64,000 nucleotides of DNA from Dehalococcoidia bacterium (GTDB taxonomy: Bacteria > Chloroflexota > Dehalococcoidia > Lucifugimonadales > UBA2985): assembly GCA_965247535.1 (NCBI GenBank), contig OZ252018.1, positions 885,046-949,045 on the forward strand, read 5' to 3'. This document shows positions 25,768 to 35,792 of the stretch, in pieces. The translations under genes and the position numbers were made by a program. The notes under the pieces were generated by a model. The model did not search any database. It had not been told where the DNA came from and was given only the letters and a program-made list of their open reading frames with translations. Numbering within the stretch: the first letter of the stretch is position 1; each line of letters begins with the position of its first letter.

Positions 25768-26985
25768 CTAGGTGGTGTAGGCGCTGTTGAACGTGACGTA
25801 CTCTTCGCTGAGGTCGCATCCCCATGCGGTGGCGCGGGCGTCGCCAAGGCCCAGGTCCAGGCGCAGGCTCACGTCGGTTCCGCTCATGGAAAGCGATACG
25901 GCATCCTTGAAGTAGGGGATTGGGCGTCCTCCCTCCATGATGCAGACGTTGTTGATGTGGAGGGTGACGAGCTCTTCCGTGACCTGCGCGCCGCTGTAGC
26001 CCAGGGCTACAATGATGCGCCCCCAGTTGGGATCGGCGCCGTGTATGGCGGACTTGACCAGCATCGAGGACGCCACGGAGAGGGCGGCGGCCCGCGCGTC
26101 GCTCTCGCTCAACGCGTTCTCCACCACCACCTCGATTAGCTTGGAGGCGCCTTCGCCGTCCCGGGCGATGGCCTTGGCAAGCTCCATGCAGACCGCGTCG
26201 AGGGCCGCCTGGAACGCGTCCGCGCCCGGCGCAGATGCGTCGATCGCACTGCCGCCGGCAACGCCGTTGGCCAGAAGCAGTACAGTGTCGTTGGTGCTGG
26301 AGTCGCCATCCACGCTGATCATGTTGAAGGAGGTGTCCACAGCGCGGGAGAGGCTTTCCTGCAGGAATGCGCCATCCACTGGAGCGTCCGTAGCGAGGAA
26401 TGCGAGCATGGTTGCCATATTGGGGTGAATCATGCCTGAGCCCTTGGCAATGCCTCCCAACGCGTACGTTGCCCCGTCGACTTCAAAGCTGACGGCCGCC
26501 TCTTTTGACACGGTGTCGGTGGTGCAAATGGCGCGCGCCAGTTCGTGGCCTCCGTCCAGGCTCATCTCGATGTTCTTGACCCCGATGCGTATGAGGCCCA
26601 TGGGCAGCTCAACGCCTATCAGGCCGGTGCTGCACGCCAGCGCGAGCTCAGGCTCAAGTCCGAGCCGTGCCGCCGCAAGCGCGGCCATCTCGATCGCGTC
26701 CGTCATGCCCTGCTCGCCGACGCACGCGTTGGCGATTCCACTGTTGATCACCACCGCCTGCGCACGACCCGTGGCCACCCTCTTTTGGTCGAGCACCACG
26801 GAGGGGGACTTCACCATGTTCTTTGTGAATGTGCCCGCGACGGTACAGACTGACTCCGAGCATAGTATGCCCAGGTCCAGCTTGTCCTCGGTGTACGTGC
26901 GGATGCCGGCGTAGGTGGCGCCGGCCGTGAATCCCATTGGAGACGTTACAGTCCCCCCCTCCAACCAGTTGATCTCTGAGGTCAT
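25768..26985 (-). CDS. argJ: bifunctional glutamate N-acetyltransferase / amino-acid acetyltransferase
   Basis: 405 aa starting at MTSEINW, with 'GFTAGATYAGI' and the autoprocessing site 'ATMLAFLATDA'. The 237-aa N-terminal extension in the track ORF is an antisense shadow. Confidence 0.9.
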   Translation of the reverse strand: MTSEINWLEGGTVTSPMGFTAGATYAGIRTYTEDKLDLGILCSESVCTVAGTFTKNMVKSPSVVLDQKRVATGRAQAVVINSGIANACVGEQGMTDAIEMAALAAARLGLEPELALACSTGLIGVELPMGLIRIGVKNIEMSLDGGHELARAICTTDTVSKEAAVSFEVDGATYALGGIAKGSGMIHPNMATMLAFLATDAPVDGAFLQESLSRAVDTSFNMISVDGDSSTNDTVLLLANGVAGGSAIDASAPGADAFQAALDAVCMELAKAIARDGEGASKLIEVVVENALSESDARAAALSVASSMLVKSAIHGADPNWGRIIVALGYSGAQVTEELVTLHINNVCIMEGGRPIPYFKDAVSLSMSGTDVSLRLDLGLGDARATAWGCDLSEEYVTFNSAYTT

Positions 26986-27135
26986 CTTCGCTCCAAGCAG
27001 TGTAGTGTAGTGAGGTGTGCGACGGCTGCAAGTATAACACTCATGCGGCGCGCGCAAAAGGGGAGCGGCGGGATGATGGATTGGCCCGTTTCCGGCTATA
27101 ATGTCAACCAGTCGGGGAGAGGAGGGCGTGCTGCT

Positions 27136-27654
27136 ATGGTCGTTTCTTTGGTTCGTCCCGTTGACGTGGAGATCGATTTTGAGGAGCGTTCCTACGGGCT
27201 TGGCGAGAGCATCGGCGTAAAGATAAGCCTCAGCGCCCGGCGAGAGGTGGAGGTCAGGGAGGCCAGGCTGGACCTGGTGTGCGAGGAGCAGTTCGCGGAG
27301 AGCTACACGGTAAGCGTATCCAGCGGGCCGCCCACGGACTACGGATCGCCGTGGGGCCAGTTCGGAGTGTACAGGGCGCCCAAGGTGCCCAAGAAGGTGG
27401 CCCGTGACGTGAAGGAGTCCTACGTACACAGCTCGGCTCTGTTCCTGGATGGCGCCAGATTGAACGGCGGCTCCGAGCAGCAGTTCAGTTTTGACCTGCA
27501 CGTCGGGGCTGAGCTGCCGACTCGCTCGTCCGTAGGCGACCGGCGATGGTGGCTGGAAGTGGTGCTGGACCTGGCGAAGGCGCGAGACGTCAGGAGCCGG
27601 CACGAGGTGGACGTGGTGGTCCCCACGGTTCGCCGGCAGCAGCGGCCCGGTTGA
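27136..27654 (+). CDS. hypothetical beta-sandwich protein (arrestin-/Spo0M-like pattern)
   Basis: 172 aa starting at MVVSLVRPVDVEIDF. A GGAGAGGAGGG SD lies upstream. The alternating beta-strand pattern 'GESIGVKISLSARREVEVREARLDLVCEE' is present. The gene is divergent from argJ. Confidence 0.45.
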   Translation: MVVSLVRPVDVEIDFEERSYGLGESIGVKISLSARREVEVREARLDLVCEEQFAESYTVSVSSGPPTDYGSPWGQFGVYRAPKVPKKVARDVKESYVHSSALFLDGARLNGGSEQQFSFDLHVGAELPTRSSVGDRRWWLEVVLDLAKARDVRSRHEVDVVVPTVRRQQRPG

Positions 27655-27992
27655 AGTCATGAAATCGTAATATTTTCGTGCCCGCGACGCTTGCATACCA
27701 TCGCATGCAGGGGTACAATAGTAGTGAAGCTAGCGGAAGGAGGTTGAAATGGTTCCAAAGTACGTATTGAACCATAGATGGCACTTCCCTTCTGATCGCC
27801 TCACCGGCCCGGGCGGTGGAGGATAGAAGAGTCTAGCCGTGAAGATGGAAGGGTCGGTGAGGCAACCAACGGGGTAGTTGGCCACGCACTGGGAGGGCAC
27901 GGACGATCAGCAGTGACCTGAGCCCCTCCGGTCGGGTAGACCGGGCAAGCCGGGGTCAATGGCCCTGAAGTAGCAACCCCAGGTGGGAAACG

Positions 27993-28026
27993 GGAGGCCC
28001 GTCGATCACGAAATCGGCGGGCCTCC
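27993..28026. terminator. strong hairpin in the convergent intergenic region
   Basis: GGAGGCCCGTCGAT-cacgaa-ATCGGCGGGCCTCC: a 14-bp stem with one G-U pair and no clear U-tract. Confidence 0.35.
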
Positions 28027-28201
28027 TCGCGCGATCGGGTTCGAGTGGGTCCGTTCACCGACCATTCGGAGATGCTTGGCCGCCAGTCCCGCGAGAGCGT
28101 AGGCGCGCTGCAGCAAGCATGTACAGTGCATTGGAGCGCGTACAAGCGCATACGCGATTGGTGCGCAGGGAAGGGCCCTATCGGTCGCTCTCGTGCTGTG
28201 T

Positions 28202-29551
28202 CTAGAGATCGTGCCGGAGGCGTTGGAGCCGCCGGCTCAGCCGTACGGGGTAGCGAACGGGCCGGCTCAGGCGCTTGTAGCGGTCGTCCAGGGCCGCAAA
28301 CTCGTCGCGGAAGCGCCCGCGCACCTCGGAAAGCGGCGGTGATTCGGACGTTGGCTCGCCGTGCTCCATGACGGTCTGCAGCAGCGGTTCCGCGTCCCGT
28401 TCCGTTGGCGGTTCGTCCGAGAGGGCCAGTACGTCGCCGCGGAGCTGTCCGCCGGCGTCGCGCAGGCGGAACACCTGCTTCTCTCCGGGCAGGGACTCCT
28501 TACCCTCGCTCAGCTTGCGCACGGCGCGGCCGCCGTACCGGACCAGCTTGTAGGCCGCGTCGAGCCACGGAGCGTCTCCGGAAACGGCCATGCGAGTGCC
28601 CACGCCAAAGGCGTCGATCGGCGCGCCGCCTCGCACCAGCGAGTCTACGGAGTACTCGTCCAGGCCGCCGCTGGCCAGGATGCGCACAGAGGGCAAGCCC
28701 GCGTCGTCCAGGATACGACGTACCTCGAGGCTGAGCTGAAGAAGGTCGCCGCTGTCCAGCCGCACGGCCCGAAGGCTTTGGCCCCGAGCCTCCATCTCGC
28801 GACCCACCGTCGCAGCCTTGTGCGCAGCCGCGATGGTGTCGTAAGTGTCGATGAGGAGCACGGTGTCGTCTGGGAAGCTCGCGGCGTAGGCGCGGAAGGC
28901 ATCGATCTCACGCTCAAAGCTGGTGACGTAGGAGTGGGCCATGGTGCCGGCGATAGGTAGGCCGTAGGCACGGCCGGCGAGGACGTTGCTGGTGGAGGCG
29001 AAACCGGCGATGTGGCTGCTGCGGGCGGCCTTCATCCCCGCGTCGGTGCCGTGCGCCCGCCGGAGCGAAAAGTCGACGAGAGTGCGGCCGCGGGCGGCCC
29101 AGGTGCATCGAGCGGCCTTTGTGGCGATGAGGCTCTGGAGGTTGACCTGGTTGATCACCAGGGTCTCGATGATCTGCGCCTCGATGATGGGGGCGGTGAC
29201 CTCCAGAACCGGCTCGTGGTGGAAGTAGAGGCGGCCCTCCGGCACGGCTCGCACGCGGCCGGTGAATCGCAGGTCGCCCAGAAAGTCCAGGAAGTCGGAT
29301 GCGAACAGGCCCGTCGATTGCAGGTAGTCGATAGCGGGGGAGCCGAACCGGAATTCGTGAAGGTAGCGCAGCACGTCCTCCAGCCCGGCGGAAACCAGGT
29401 ACGAACGCCTGACCCGCGACGGCCTCACGAACAGGCTGAAAGAGGCCTCAGCTGACATGCCCTGCCGGAAGTAGCTCTCGGCCATGGTCAGTTCGTACAG
29501 GTCTGTGAAGAGTGCCGCTTCGTCTGCGGTCAGAGAGCCGGGCGATTGCAT
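28202..29551 (-). CDS. pncB: nicotinate phosphoribosyltransferase
   Basis: 449 aa with 'LFTDLYELTMAESYF' and 'GTMAHSYV', typical of the NAPRTase family. Confidence 0.88.
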   Translation of the reverse strand: MQSPGSLTADEAALFTDLYELTMAESYFRQGMSAEASFSLFVRPSRVRRSYLVSAGLEDVLRYLHEFRFGSPAIDYLQSTGLFASDFLDFLGDLRFTGRVRAVPEGRLYFHHEPVLEVTAPIIEAQIIETLVINQVNLQSLIATKAARCTWAARGRTLVDFSLRRAHGTDAGMKAARSSHIAGFASTSNVLAGRAYGLPIAGTMAHSYVTSFEREIDAFRAYAASFPDDTVLLIDTYDTIAAAHKAATVGREMEARGQSLRAVRLDSGDLLQLSLEVRRILDDAGLPSVRILASGGLDEYSVDSLVRGGAPIDAFGVGTRMAVSGDAPWLDAAYKLVRYGGRAVRKLSEGKESLPGEKQVFRLRDAGGQLRGDVLALSDEPPTERDAEPLLQTVMEHGEPTSESPPLSEVRGRFRDEFAALDDRYKRLSRPVRYPVRLSRRLQRLRHDL

Positions 29552-29749
29552 AAGCTGCGTGTCCTCCCAGTGGCTTGGTCGTGGGCCCTGCTTCCGGGCA
29601 GAGCGGGGAAGCCCTTAAGTCGAGTTTAGGCTCCACGCAGGCGTTCGTCAAAGGTGGCTTGCCCGGCTATTGCAATTGACGGCGGATGTGTGCTCATAAT
29701 TCGGCTTGAGCCGCCTGAGGATTCACGCGGCGGCGGAGTCTGTGACGAA

Positions 29750-32518
29750 TTGATACCCGTACGTCTCTCGGTAAGAAACTTTCTTTCGTATCGTGACGAC
29801 GCCCCCACGCTGGACCTTGAGGGCGTCCACGTGGCCTGCCTGTGCGGCGACAACGGCCACGGCAAGTCCGCGCTTCTGGATGCCATCACGTGGGCGCTTT
29901 GGGGCAAGTCCCGCGCCGGCGTGCAGGAGGACCTCATCTACCAGGGCGAAAGCGAGATGCAGGTCGAGCTCGAATTTCTGGCCGGCGACGGCCTGTACCG
30001 CGTGTCCAGGCGGCATGGGCGCGCAGGACGCGGGCGCCAGGGTACGACGTTCCTGGAGCTGTATCTCCTAAATGGCGACACGGTGCAGCCCATTTCCGGG
30101 AGCGGCGTTCGTGAAACGGAGCAACGCATTACTTCGCTGCTGCGCATGACCTACGATACCTTTGTGAACAGCGCTTTCATTCTCCAGGGCCGGTCCAACC
30201 TGTTCACCGCGAAGAGGCCGAACGAGCGCAAGGAGGTCCTGGGAGAGGTGCTGGACCTGTCAAGGTACGAGTGGATCGCCGAGCGTGCACGGCGGGAGGC
30301 CAGGGACCAGGGCGGCGAGTCGCTGCGACTGGATGCGCAGGTCTCACAGATCGACCGGGAGGTTTCGCAGAAGGATGAGCACACGCAACGCCTGTCCGGC
30401 ATCGAGGCGCGGTTGGAGGTTCTGAGTCGAGAGGAGGCCGAGCGTGCGTCTCTGACGGAGTCGCTGCAGGGCCGGCTGCGAAAGCTCCAGAGTGCGCGTG
30501 CGGACCTCGAGAGGTTGGAAGCGGACGCAGAGCGCGTGGAGAACGAGGTCACGACACGCGAGCAGCGGGAGCAGGAGACCAGATGGCAGCTGGAGGAGGC
30601 GCAGAGCAGGGCCGCAAGACGGCCCGTCTTGCAGGCCGAGTCGTTGCACGCGGCGGCCCTGGTCGAGCAGCTGACCCAGCCATCGCCGGCAATGGACGAG
30701 CAGGCTGAGCGCATACGGCACATTCGAACCGCGGTGCAGGAGAAGCGCGACGCAGCGGCTTCGATGGTGAAGGAGATTCTCGAGCTTGAGGCCTCGCAGC
30801 GGGAACTCGGTCTCCTTGAGCGCGAGGTCAGCCGCATCCAGGCCGACATCGACAGGCAGGAGGAGCAGGCCGCGGAGCGCGAGCGCCGTGTGATGGAGCT
30901 GCGCGCCCGGTCCGATAGGCTCCAGGAGCTGGAGTCCGAGGCCGCGGAGGTGAGAAGTCTAGTGGAGCAGCTTGCCGCGCCATCGGCGGAGATGGACGAT
31001 CTCAGGGCGCGGTCGCAGGAGCTTCAGGCCCGCGTGCACTTCCTTAGGGAGGAGAACGGCTCGCTGAGGCGCGAGATGGAGGACCTCCGGGCCAAGAAGG
31101 ATATGCTGGAGGCCTCCGCAACGCCTGAGGGCGGGGGCGCCAGCTGCCCTCTCTGCGGCACCGCTCTCGCCGAGGATGGCTGCCGCCACCTGGCCGCGAG
31201 CTATGAGTCGCAGGGTAGGTCGCTTGCGGAGAAGTTCCGCGGGAATGAGGCGGAAGCGCACGCTGCGGAGTTGCAGCGTGCCGCCATTGAGCGGGACCTG
31301 GAGTCTCTGGAGAGCGGTCGTCACGCAGACCTGCGCAGCTCGCAGGCGAGCCTCGAAGGCCTGACGCAAAGCGCAGCGGATGCGAGGAGCGCGGCCGAAG
31401 AAGCCGACCGGCTGGCCTCCGCTCGCGATGCCGAAGACGCCGCGCTCGGGTCGAACCGGCTACGACTGGCAGAGACGCAGGCGGAGATGCCGCGCCTCAT
31501 ACAGGAACTGGCCGCTCTGGACGACGCACGCGCCCGGCACGAGCAGAACGAGGACGCCGTTCTCGAGGCGGAATCGGAGCGCGCGCGGCTGGAGAGCGTC
31601 CTTGACACCATGGCGCAGGAGCGCCGCGAGGAGCTGGCCGCCGCACAGAGGCGCCGCGACGAGGTCACGCAAGAGCTGGCGGACGCGACGGCCGCCGCCG
31701 GCACGCTCGACAGGCTGTCCGAGTCGCTGGAGTACGAGGCGGCGCTCACGGAGGAGGCACGCTCGCGCCTGAAGGAGCGATTGGAAGCTATGCCGGCGCT
31801 CAGGGAGGCGTCCGAGGGGCTGCCCGCCGCAATCGAGGAGCACGAGGCGGCGCGTTCCGCGCTGGCCGAGACCTTCAGCCTGCGTGATGAGCTGCGTACG
31901 CATCGAACGGAGGAGCAGGCGTGGCTGAGGCGATGCAGTGAACTGGAGGAGGAACGCCAAGGGCTGCTCGCCGCTCGAAACGAGGCCTCTCACCGGCAGG
32001 GCGCGTACGACCAACTGGCCGCCGCGTTCGGCAAGGGCGGCTTGCAGGCACTGCTGATCGAGCAGGCGATCCCGGAGCTTGAGACCTACGCCAACGACAT
32101 CCTCGGCCGCGTGACCGAGCACCGAATGAGCCTGAAGCTGGAGACGCAGAGGGAGCGACGCGGCGGCGGTGACCCTCGAGAGACCCTGGACATCAGGATA
32201 TCGGACGAGCTTGGCACTCGCAGCTACGAGACGTACAGCGGCGGCGAGTCGTTCCGAATCGACTTTGCGCTGCGAATCGCGCTGTCGCGCTTGCTGGCGC
32301 ACCGGTCGGGGGCGCCGTTGCCCACGCTGTTCATCGACGAGGGGTTTGGGAGCCAGGATGCCGCGGGGCTTGAGAGGCTGGTGGAGGCGATACAGGCCAT
32401 CCAGCACGACTTCCAGAAGATACTGGTCATCACGCACATCGAGGAGCTTAAGGACAGGTTTCCGGTGCGCATCGAGGTGACCAAGACCGCCCGCGGCTCC
32501 ACGTTTGCGTTGAGTTGA
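29750..32518 (+). CDS. sbcC: SbcC/Rad50-family DNA repair ATPase with zinc hook
   Basis: Walker A 'GDNGHGKSALLDAITWALWG' is present. Long coiled coils carry a central 'CPLCG' hook. The C-terminus has 'YSGGESFRIDFALRIALS' and 'LFIDEGFGSQD'. A TTG start at 29750 gives the family-typical 'IPVRLSVRNFLSY' N-terminus. Confidence 0.85.
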   Translation: MIPVRLSVRNFLSYRDDAPTLDLEGVHVACLCGDNGHGKSALLDAITWALWGKSRAGVQEDLIYQGESEMQVELEFLAGDGLYRVSRRHGRAGRGRQGTTFLELYLLNGDTVQPISGSGVRETEQRITSLLRMTYDTFVNSAFILQGRSNLFTAKRPNERKEVLGEVLDLSRYEWIAERARREARDQGGESLRLDAQVSQIDREVSQKDEHTQRLSGIEARLEVLSREEAERASLTESLQGRLRKLQSARADLERLEADAERVENEVTTREQREQETRWQLEEAQSRAARRPVLQAESLHAAALVEQLTQPSPAMDEQAERIRHIRTAVQEKRDAAASMVKEILELEASQRELGLLEREVSRIQADIDRQEEQAAERERRVMELRARSDRLQELESEAAEVRSLVEQLAAPSAEMDDLRARSQELQARVHFLREENGSLRREMEDLRAKKDMLEASATPEGGGASCPLCGTALAEDGCRHLAASYESQGRSLAEKFRGNEAEAHAAELQRAAIERDLESLESGRHADLRSSQASLEGLTQSAADARSAAEEADRLASARDAEDAALGSNRLRLAETQAEMPRLIQELAALDDARARHEQNEDAVLEAESERARLESVLDTMAQERREELAAAQRRRDEVTQELADATAAAGTLDRLSESLEYEAALTEEARSRLKERLEAMPALREASEGLPAAIEEHEAARSALAETFSLRDELRTHRTEEQAWLRRCSELEEERQGLLAARNEASHRQGAYDQLAAAFGKGGLQALLIEQAIPELETYANDILGRVTEHRMSLKLETQRERRGGGDPRETLDIRISDELGTRSYETYSGGESFRIDFALRIALSRLLAHRSGAPLPTLFIDEGFGSQDAAGLERLVEAIQAIQHDFQKILVITHIEELKDRFPVRIEVTKTARGSTFALS

Positions 32519-32595
32519 ACCATCGGCATGCGGCCGGCGCACCACACCTTCATTGACAGCCGCGAGGCGCCTTGATATATTCGCGTGGAGTCGAG

Positions 32596-33138
32596 ATGAG
32601 CTTTGGCGAGAGACTGGAACTGCACGTTTCCAGGCGCCGCATAGCCAGCGCGGTCAAGCGGCTTGCCAGGCAGGTCGAGGCGGACTACCTCGAAGAGCTG
32701 CCCGTAATGGTGGGCGTCCTGACCGGCTCCTTCGTGTTCATGGCAGACCTCGTCCGGGAGTTGCGACGAGAAGTGGAGATGGAGTTCATTCGCATCTCCA
32801 GCTACGGCGGCGGCGTAGTCTCCTCGGGGCAGGCGAAGCTCCGTCTGGGAGTCTCCGGCCGGGTGCGAGGACGGCACGTGCTCATCGTCGAAGATATCGT
32901 GGACACGGGCCTGACCACGTCTTACGCGGCGCGCTACTTGCGCCGGAGGGGCGCCGCATCGGTGAAGGTCTGCACACTGCTGGACAAGCCGTCACGCAGG
33001 GAACTGCCGGTTGTCCCGGACTACGTGGGCTTCAGCGTGCCGGACAGGTTTCTCGTGGGCTACGGCCTGGACCACGACGGGCGGTTTCGCTCTCTGCCCG
33101 ACATCTACGAGCTCTCAGGAGGACCCGATGGACCTTAG
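32596..33138 (+). CDS. hpt: hypoxanthine phosphoribosyltransferase
   Basis: The PRPP-binding motif 'VLIVEDIVDTGLT' is present, with 'VGYGLDHDGRFRSLPDIYEL'. Confidence 0.9.
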   Translation: MSFGERLELHVSRRRIASAVKRLARQVEADYLEELPVMVGVLTGSFVFMADLVRELRREVEMEFIRISSYGGGVVSSGQAKLRLGVSGRVRGRHVLIVEDIVDTGLTTSYAARYLRRRGAASVKVCTLLDKPSRRELPVVPDYVGFSVPDRFLVGYGLDHDGRFRSLPDIYELSGGPDGP

Positions 33139-34837
33139 CAGACTCATACGAGTGGCAAGGGGAGACGCCGAGGCGGACGTGGTGTTCACCAACGCACGGA
33201 TCGTCAACACGTTCACCGGCGAGATAGAGGAAGGCAACGTGGCCGTGGCCGAGGGCCGAGTGGCCGGCATCGGCGACTACACTGAGGCGGCCGAGACCGT
33301 GGACGTGAGCGGCAGGTACCTGGCGCCCGGCCTAATCGACGGCCACTTCCACCTGGAGAGCACGTACCTGCACGTCGACCAGTTCGCACGGGCCGTGGTG
33401 CCCCGGGGCACGCTGGCCGCCGTCACCGACCTGCACGAGGTCACCAACGTGGCGGGACTGGACGGCATGAAGTACATCATGGAGTGCGGTCGCCGCATAC
33501 CCATGGACCTGTTCTTCATGGCGCCTTCCTGTGTGCCCGCAACCGACATGGAGACCTCCGGCGCTACGCTGGGCGCGGATGACATACGCAGGGCGCTGCG
33601 ATGGAAGGGCGTGCTCGGCCTGGGCGAACTGATGAACTTTCCGGGCGTGATCGGCGGCGACGAACACGTGTTGGATAAGGTGCGCGCCGCTCACGGCCGG
33701 CCACGCGACGGACACGCGCCACGCGTGCGCGGCAAGGCACTCAACGCATACCTGTCGCCCATCATCGGCTCCGACCACGAGTCCACGGAGTACGAGGAAG
33801 GGCTGGAGAAGCTGCGCCGGGGGATGCGGTTGATGATCCGCGAGGGCTCCAGCGAGAAGAACTTGGAGGAACTGCTGCCGCTGGTCAACGAGGGCAACTA
33901 TCACAGGTGCATGCTGGTTGTGGACGACCGCAATGCTCTGGACGTGCTCCGCGAGGGCGACGTGGACGCCGTGGTTCGCAAGGCGATCCGGCTGGGCCTC
34001 GACCCCATACGCGCCATCCAGATGGCCACGCTCAACGTCGCCGAGTACTTCCGGCTGGAGGGCCTCGGCGGCATCGCACCGGGGTACTTCGCCAACATGC
34101 TGGTGCTGCGCGATCTGGAAACCCTGGACATCGCTGAGGTGTACTACAGGGGAGAGCGGGTTGCGCGGGACGGTAAGGCGCACTTCTCTACGCCTCTGCC
34201 TTCCAACGAGTGGATCAAGCACACGGTGAACGTGCGCCCCTTTGAGGTCGGGCAATTGGCGCTGCCGTCCGGCGCTTCGGAGACGTTCCCGGTCATCGAG
34301 ATAGTCCCCGGCCAGATTGTCACGCGACGCCGGGACGAGAGGCCGAGCCGCAGCAACGGCAGCATCGTGGCAGACACCGAGCGAGATCTGCTAAAGCTGG
34401 TAGTGGTTGAGCGACACAAGGCAAACGGCAACATCGGCGTAGGGCTTGTGGGCGGCTTCGGGCTCAAGCGTGGAGCGCTTGCCACGTCGGTTGCGCACGA
34501 CTCGCACAACATCGTCGTCGTGGGCGTCGACGATGCCGATATCTTCGCGGCGGTCAAGGAGGTGGAGCGGAACCAGGGCGGGCTGTGCGTGGTGGCCGGC
34601 GGCGAGGTGCTGGCGTCGCTCCCGCTGCCCATCGCAGGGCTGCTTTCGACGGAACCCCTGGAGGCGGTGGCCGGAAAGCTGGAGGAACTCGAACGCATTG
34701 CGGGGGAGCTGGGGTGCTCCGTCAACTCGCCGTTCTCGGTGCTGTCCTTCCTTGCACTGCCGGTTATACCGGAGCTGAAGCTGACGGACATGGGACTGGT
34801 GGACGTGATGGCCGGCAGGCTGTTGGAGAGGGAGTAG
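33128..34837 (+). CDS. ade: adenine deaminase
   Basis: 569 aa starting at MDLSRLI with an AGGAGG SD. 'APGLIDGHFHLES' is the amidohydrolase metal site. Length and C-terminal domain fit Ade. Confidence 0.88.
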   Translation: MDLSRLIRVARGDAEADVVFTNARIVNTFTGEIEEGNVAVAEGRVAGIGDYTEAAETVDVSGRYLAPGLIDGHFHLESTYLHVDQFARAVVPRGTLAAVTDLHEVTNVAGLDGMKYIMECGRRIPMDLFFMAPSCVPATDMETSGATLGADDIRRALRWKGVLGLGELMNFPGVIGGDEHVLDKVRAAHGRPRDGHAPRVRGKALNAYLSPIIGSDHESTEYEEGLEKLRRGMRLMIREGSSEKNLEELLPLVNEGNYHRCMLVVDDRNALDVLREGDVDAVVRKAIRLGLDPIRAIQMATLNVAEYFRLEGLGGIAPGYFANMLVLRDLETLDIAEVYYRGERVARDGKAHFSTPLPSNEWIKHTVNVRPFEVGQLALPSGASETFPVIEIVPGQIVTRRRDERPSRSNGSIVADTERDLLKLVVVERHKANGNIGVGLVGGFGLKRGALATSVAHDSHNIVVVGVDDADIFAAVKEVERNQGGLCVVAGGEVLASLPLPIAGLLSTEPLEAVAGKLEELERIAGELGCSVNSPFSVLSFLALPVIPELKLTDMGLVDVMAGRLLERE

Positions 34838-34843
34838 CCCGTC

Positions 34844-35596
34844 GTGCCTGCACTGGACACAATCACGTTCGACCTGTGGCAGACGCTGATCATCGACGAC
34901 CGCGAGCGTGGCCGTGCGAGGACGCAGCGCCGCCTGGACGAGGCAAAGGAGGCCCTTGCAGAAGAGGGCCTCGACTTCTCGATCGACGATCTTCGTGAGG
35001 CGTACCGCAGCTGCTTCCGGGCGTGCCGCGCGATCCACAAGGACGAGCGTGACGTGTCTTTCGACGAGCAGGTGCGAATGTTCATCGACCTGATCGACGA
35101 TGGACTGTTGAACCGCCTGTCCCCCGAGACCGTCGAGCGCATCACCTACTGGTATGCGGAGGCGTTCTTCGACTACCCGCCGCGCGTGGACCCCGCGTCC
35201 CGCGATGTGCTGCAGGAGATGTCGAGGCGCGGCTACAGGTTGGGGATGATCTCGAACACGGGCATGACGCCAGGCAGCGTGTTTCGCCGGTTCCTGGCGC
35301 AGCACGACCTGCTCGATTTCTTCCATGCGTTCACCTTCTCGGACGAGGTGCTGCTGTGCAAGCCGTCGTCGGAGATGTTCCACATGACGCTGGAGGAGCT
35401 GGGGACGTCACCGGAGAGGGCGCTGCACTTGGGCGACCACATTGCGAACGACATCGAGGGCGGCAACCGGGCCGGGATGTGGACGGCGCTGCTCGGCGAC
35501 GCGGACGGACAGGAGCGGATTGCGTCGCCTCACGTGCACGTTCAGTCGCTCGCGGAGTGGCCGTCGACGCTGGACGCCTGGCTGCGGGAGGGGTGA
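34844..35596 (+). CDS. HAD-superfamily hydrolase (subfamily IA-like)
   Basis: 'ITFDLWQTL' (motif I DxW variant), 'ISNTG', 'KPSSEMF' and 'LGDHIANDIEG' are present. Confidence 0.7.
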   Translation: MPALDTITFDLWQTLIIDDRERGRARTQRRLDEAKEALAEEGLDFSIDDLREAYRSCFRACRAIHKDERDVSFDEQVRMFIDLIDDGLLNRLSPETVERITYWYAEAFFDYPPRVDPASRDVLQEMSRRGYRLGMISNTGMTPGSVFRRFLAQHDLLDFFHAFTFSDEVLLCKPSSEMFHMTLEELGTSPERALHLGDHIANDIEGGNRAGMWTALLGDADGQERIASPHVHVQSLAEWPSTLDAWLREG

Positions 35597-35792
35597 TGGA
35601 GGGTGCGGTAAGGGGCGGGCCACGGGGCAGTCTGCGAGTTTTCCCTGCCTGTTGGAATGCGTCCAGTAGCTGTCAGACGTATCAGCTCTTGGTGGGAAGG
35701 AAGTTGAGTGATGGCCGTCGCGGACCAAGATCGTGCTAGGCGGGCAACCCCACTAGCTCAGTGATTTCTGTAGGCTAAGGATTGGAGGATTC

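Noticed and set aside
25768-27696. A 642-aa ORF suggesting a giant ArgJ fusion protein.
   Set aside because: Only the last 405 aa (from MTSEINW at 26985) are ArgJ-like. The first 237 aa are Arg/His/Pro-rich and lie antisense to the better-supported plus-strand ORF 27136-27654, so the extension is a high-GC shadow ORF.
29654-29749. A 32-codon N-terminal extension of sbcC in the track ORF (MACPAIAIDGGCVLIIRLEPPEDSRGGGVCDE).
   Set aside because: SbcC/Rad50 proteins begin a few residues before the first beta strand (here IPVRLSVRNF). The extension has no family counterpart, and an in-frame TTG at 29750 gives the canonical N-terminus.
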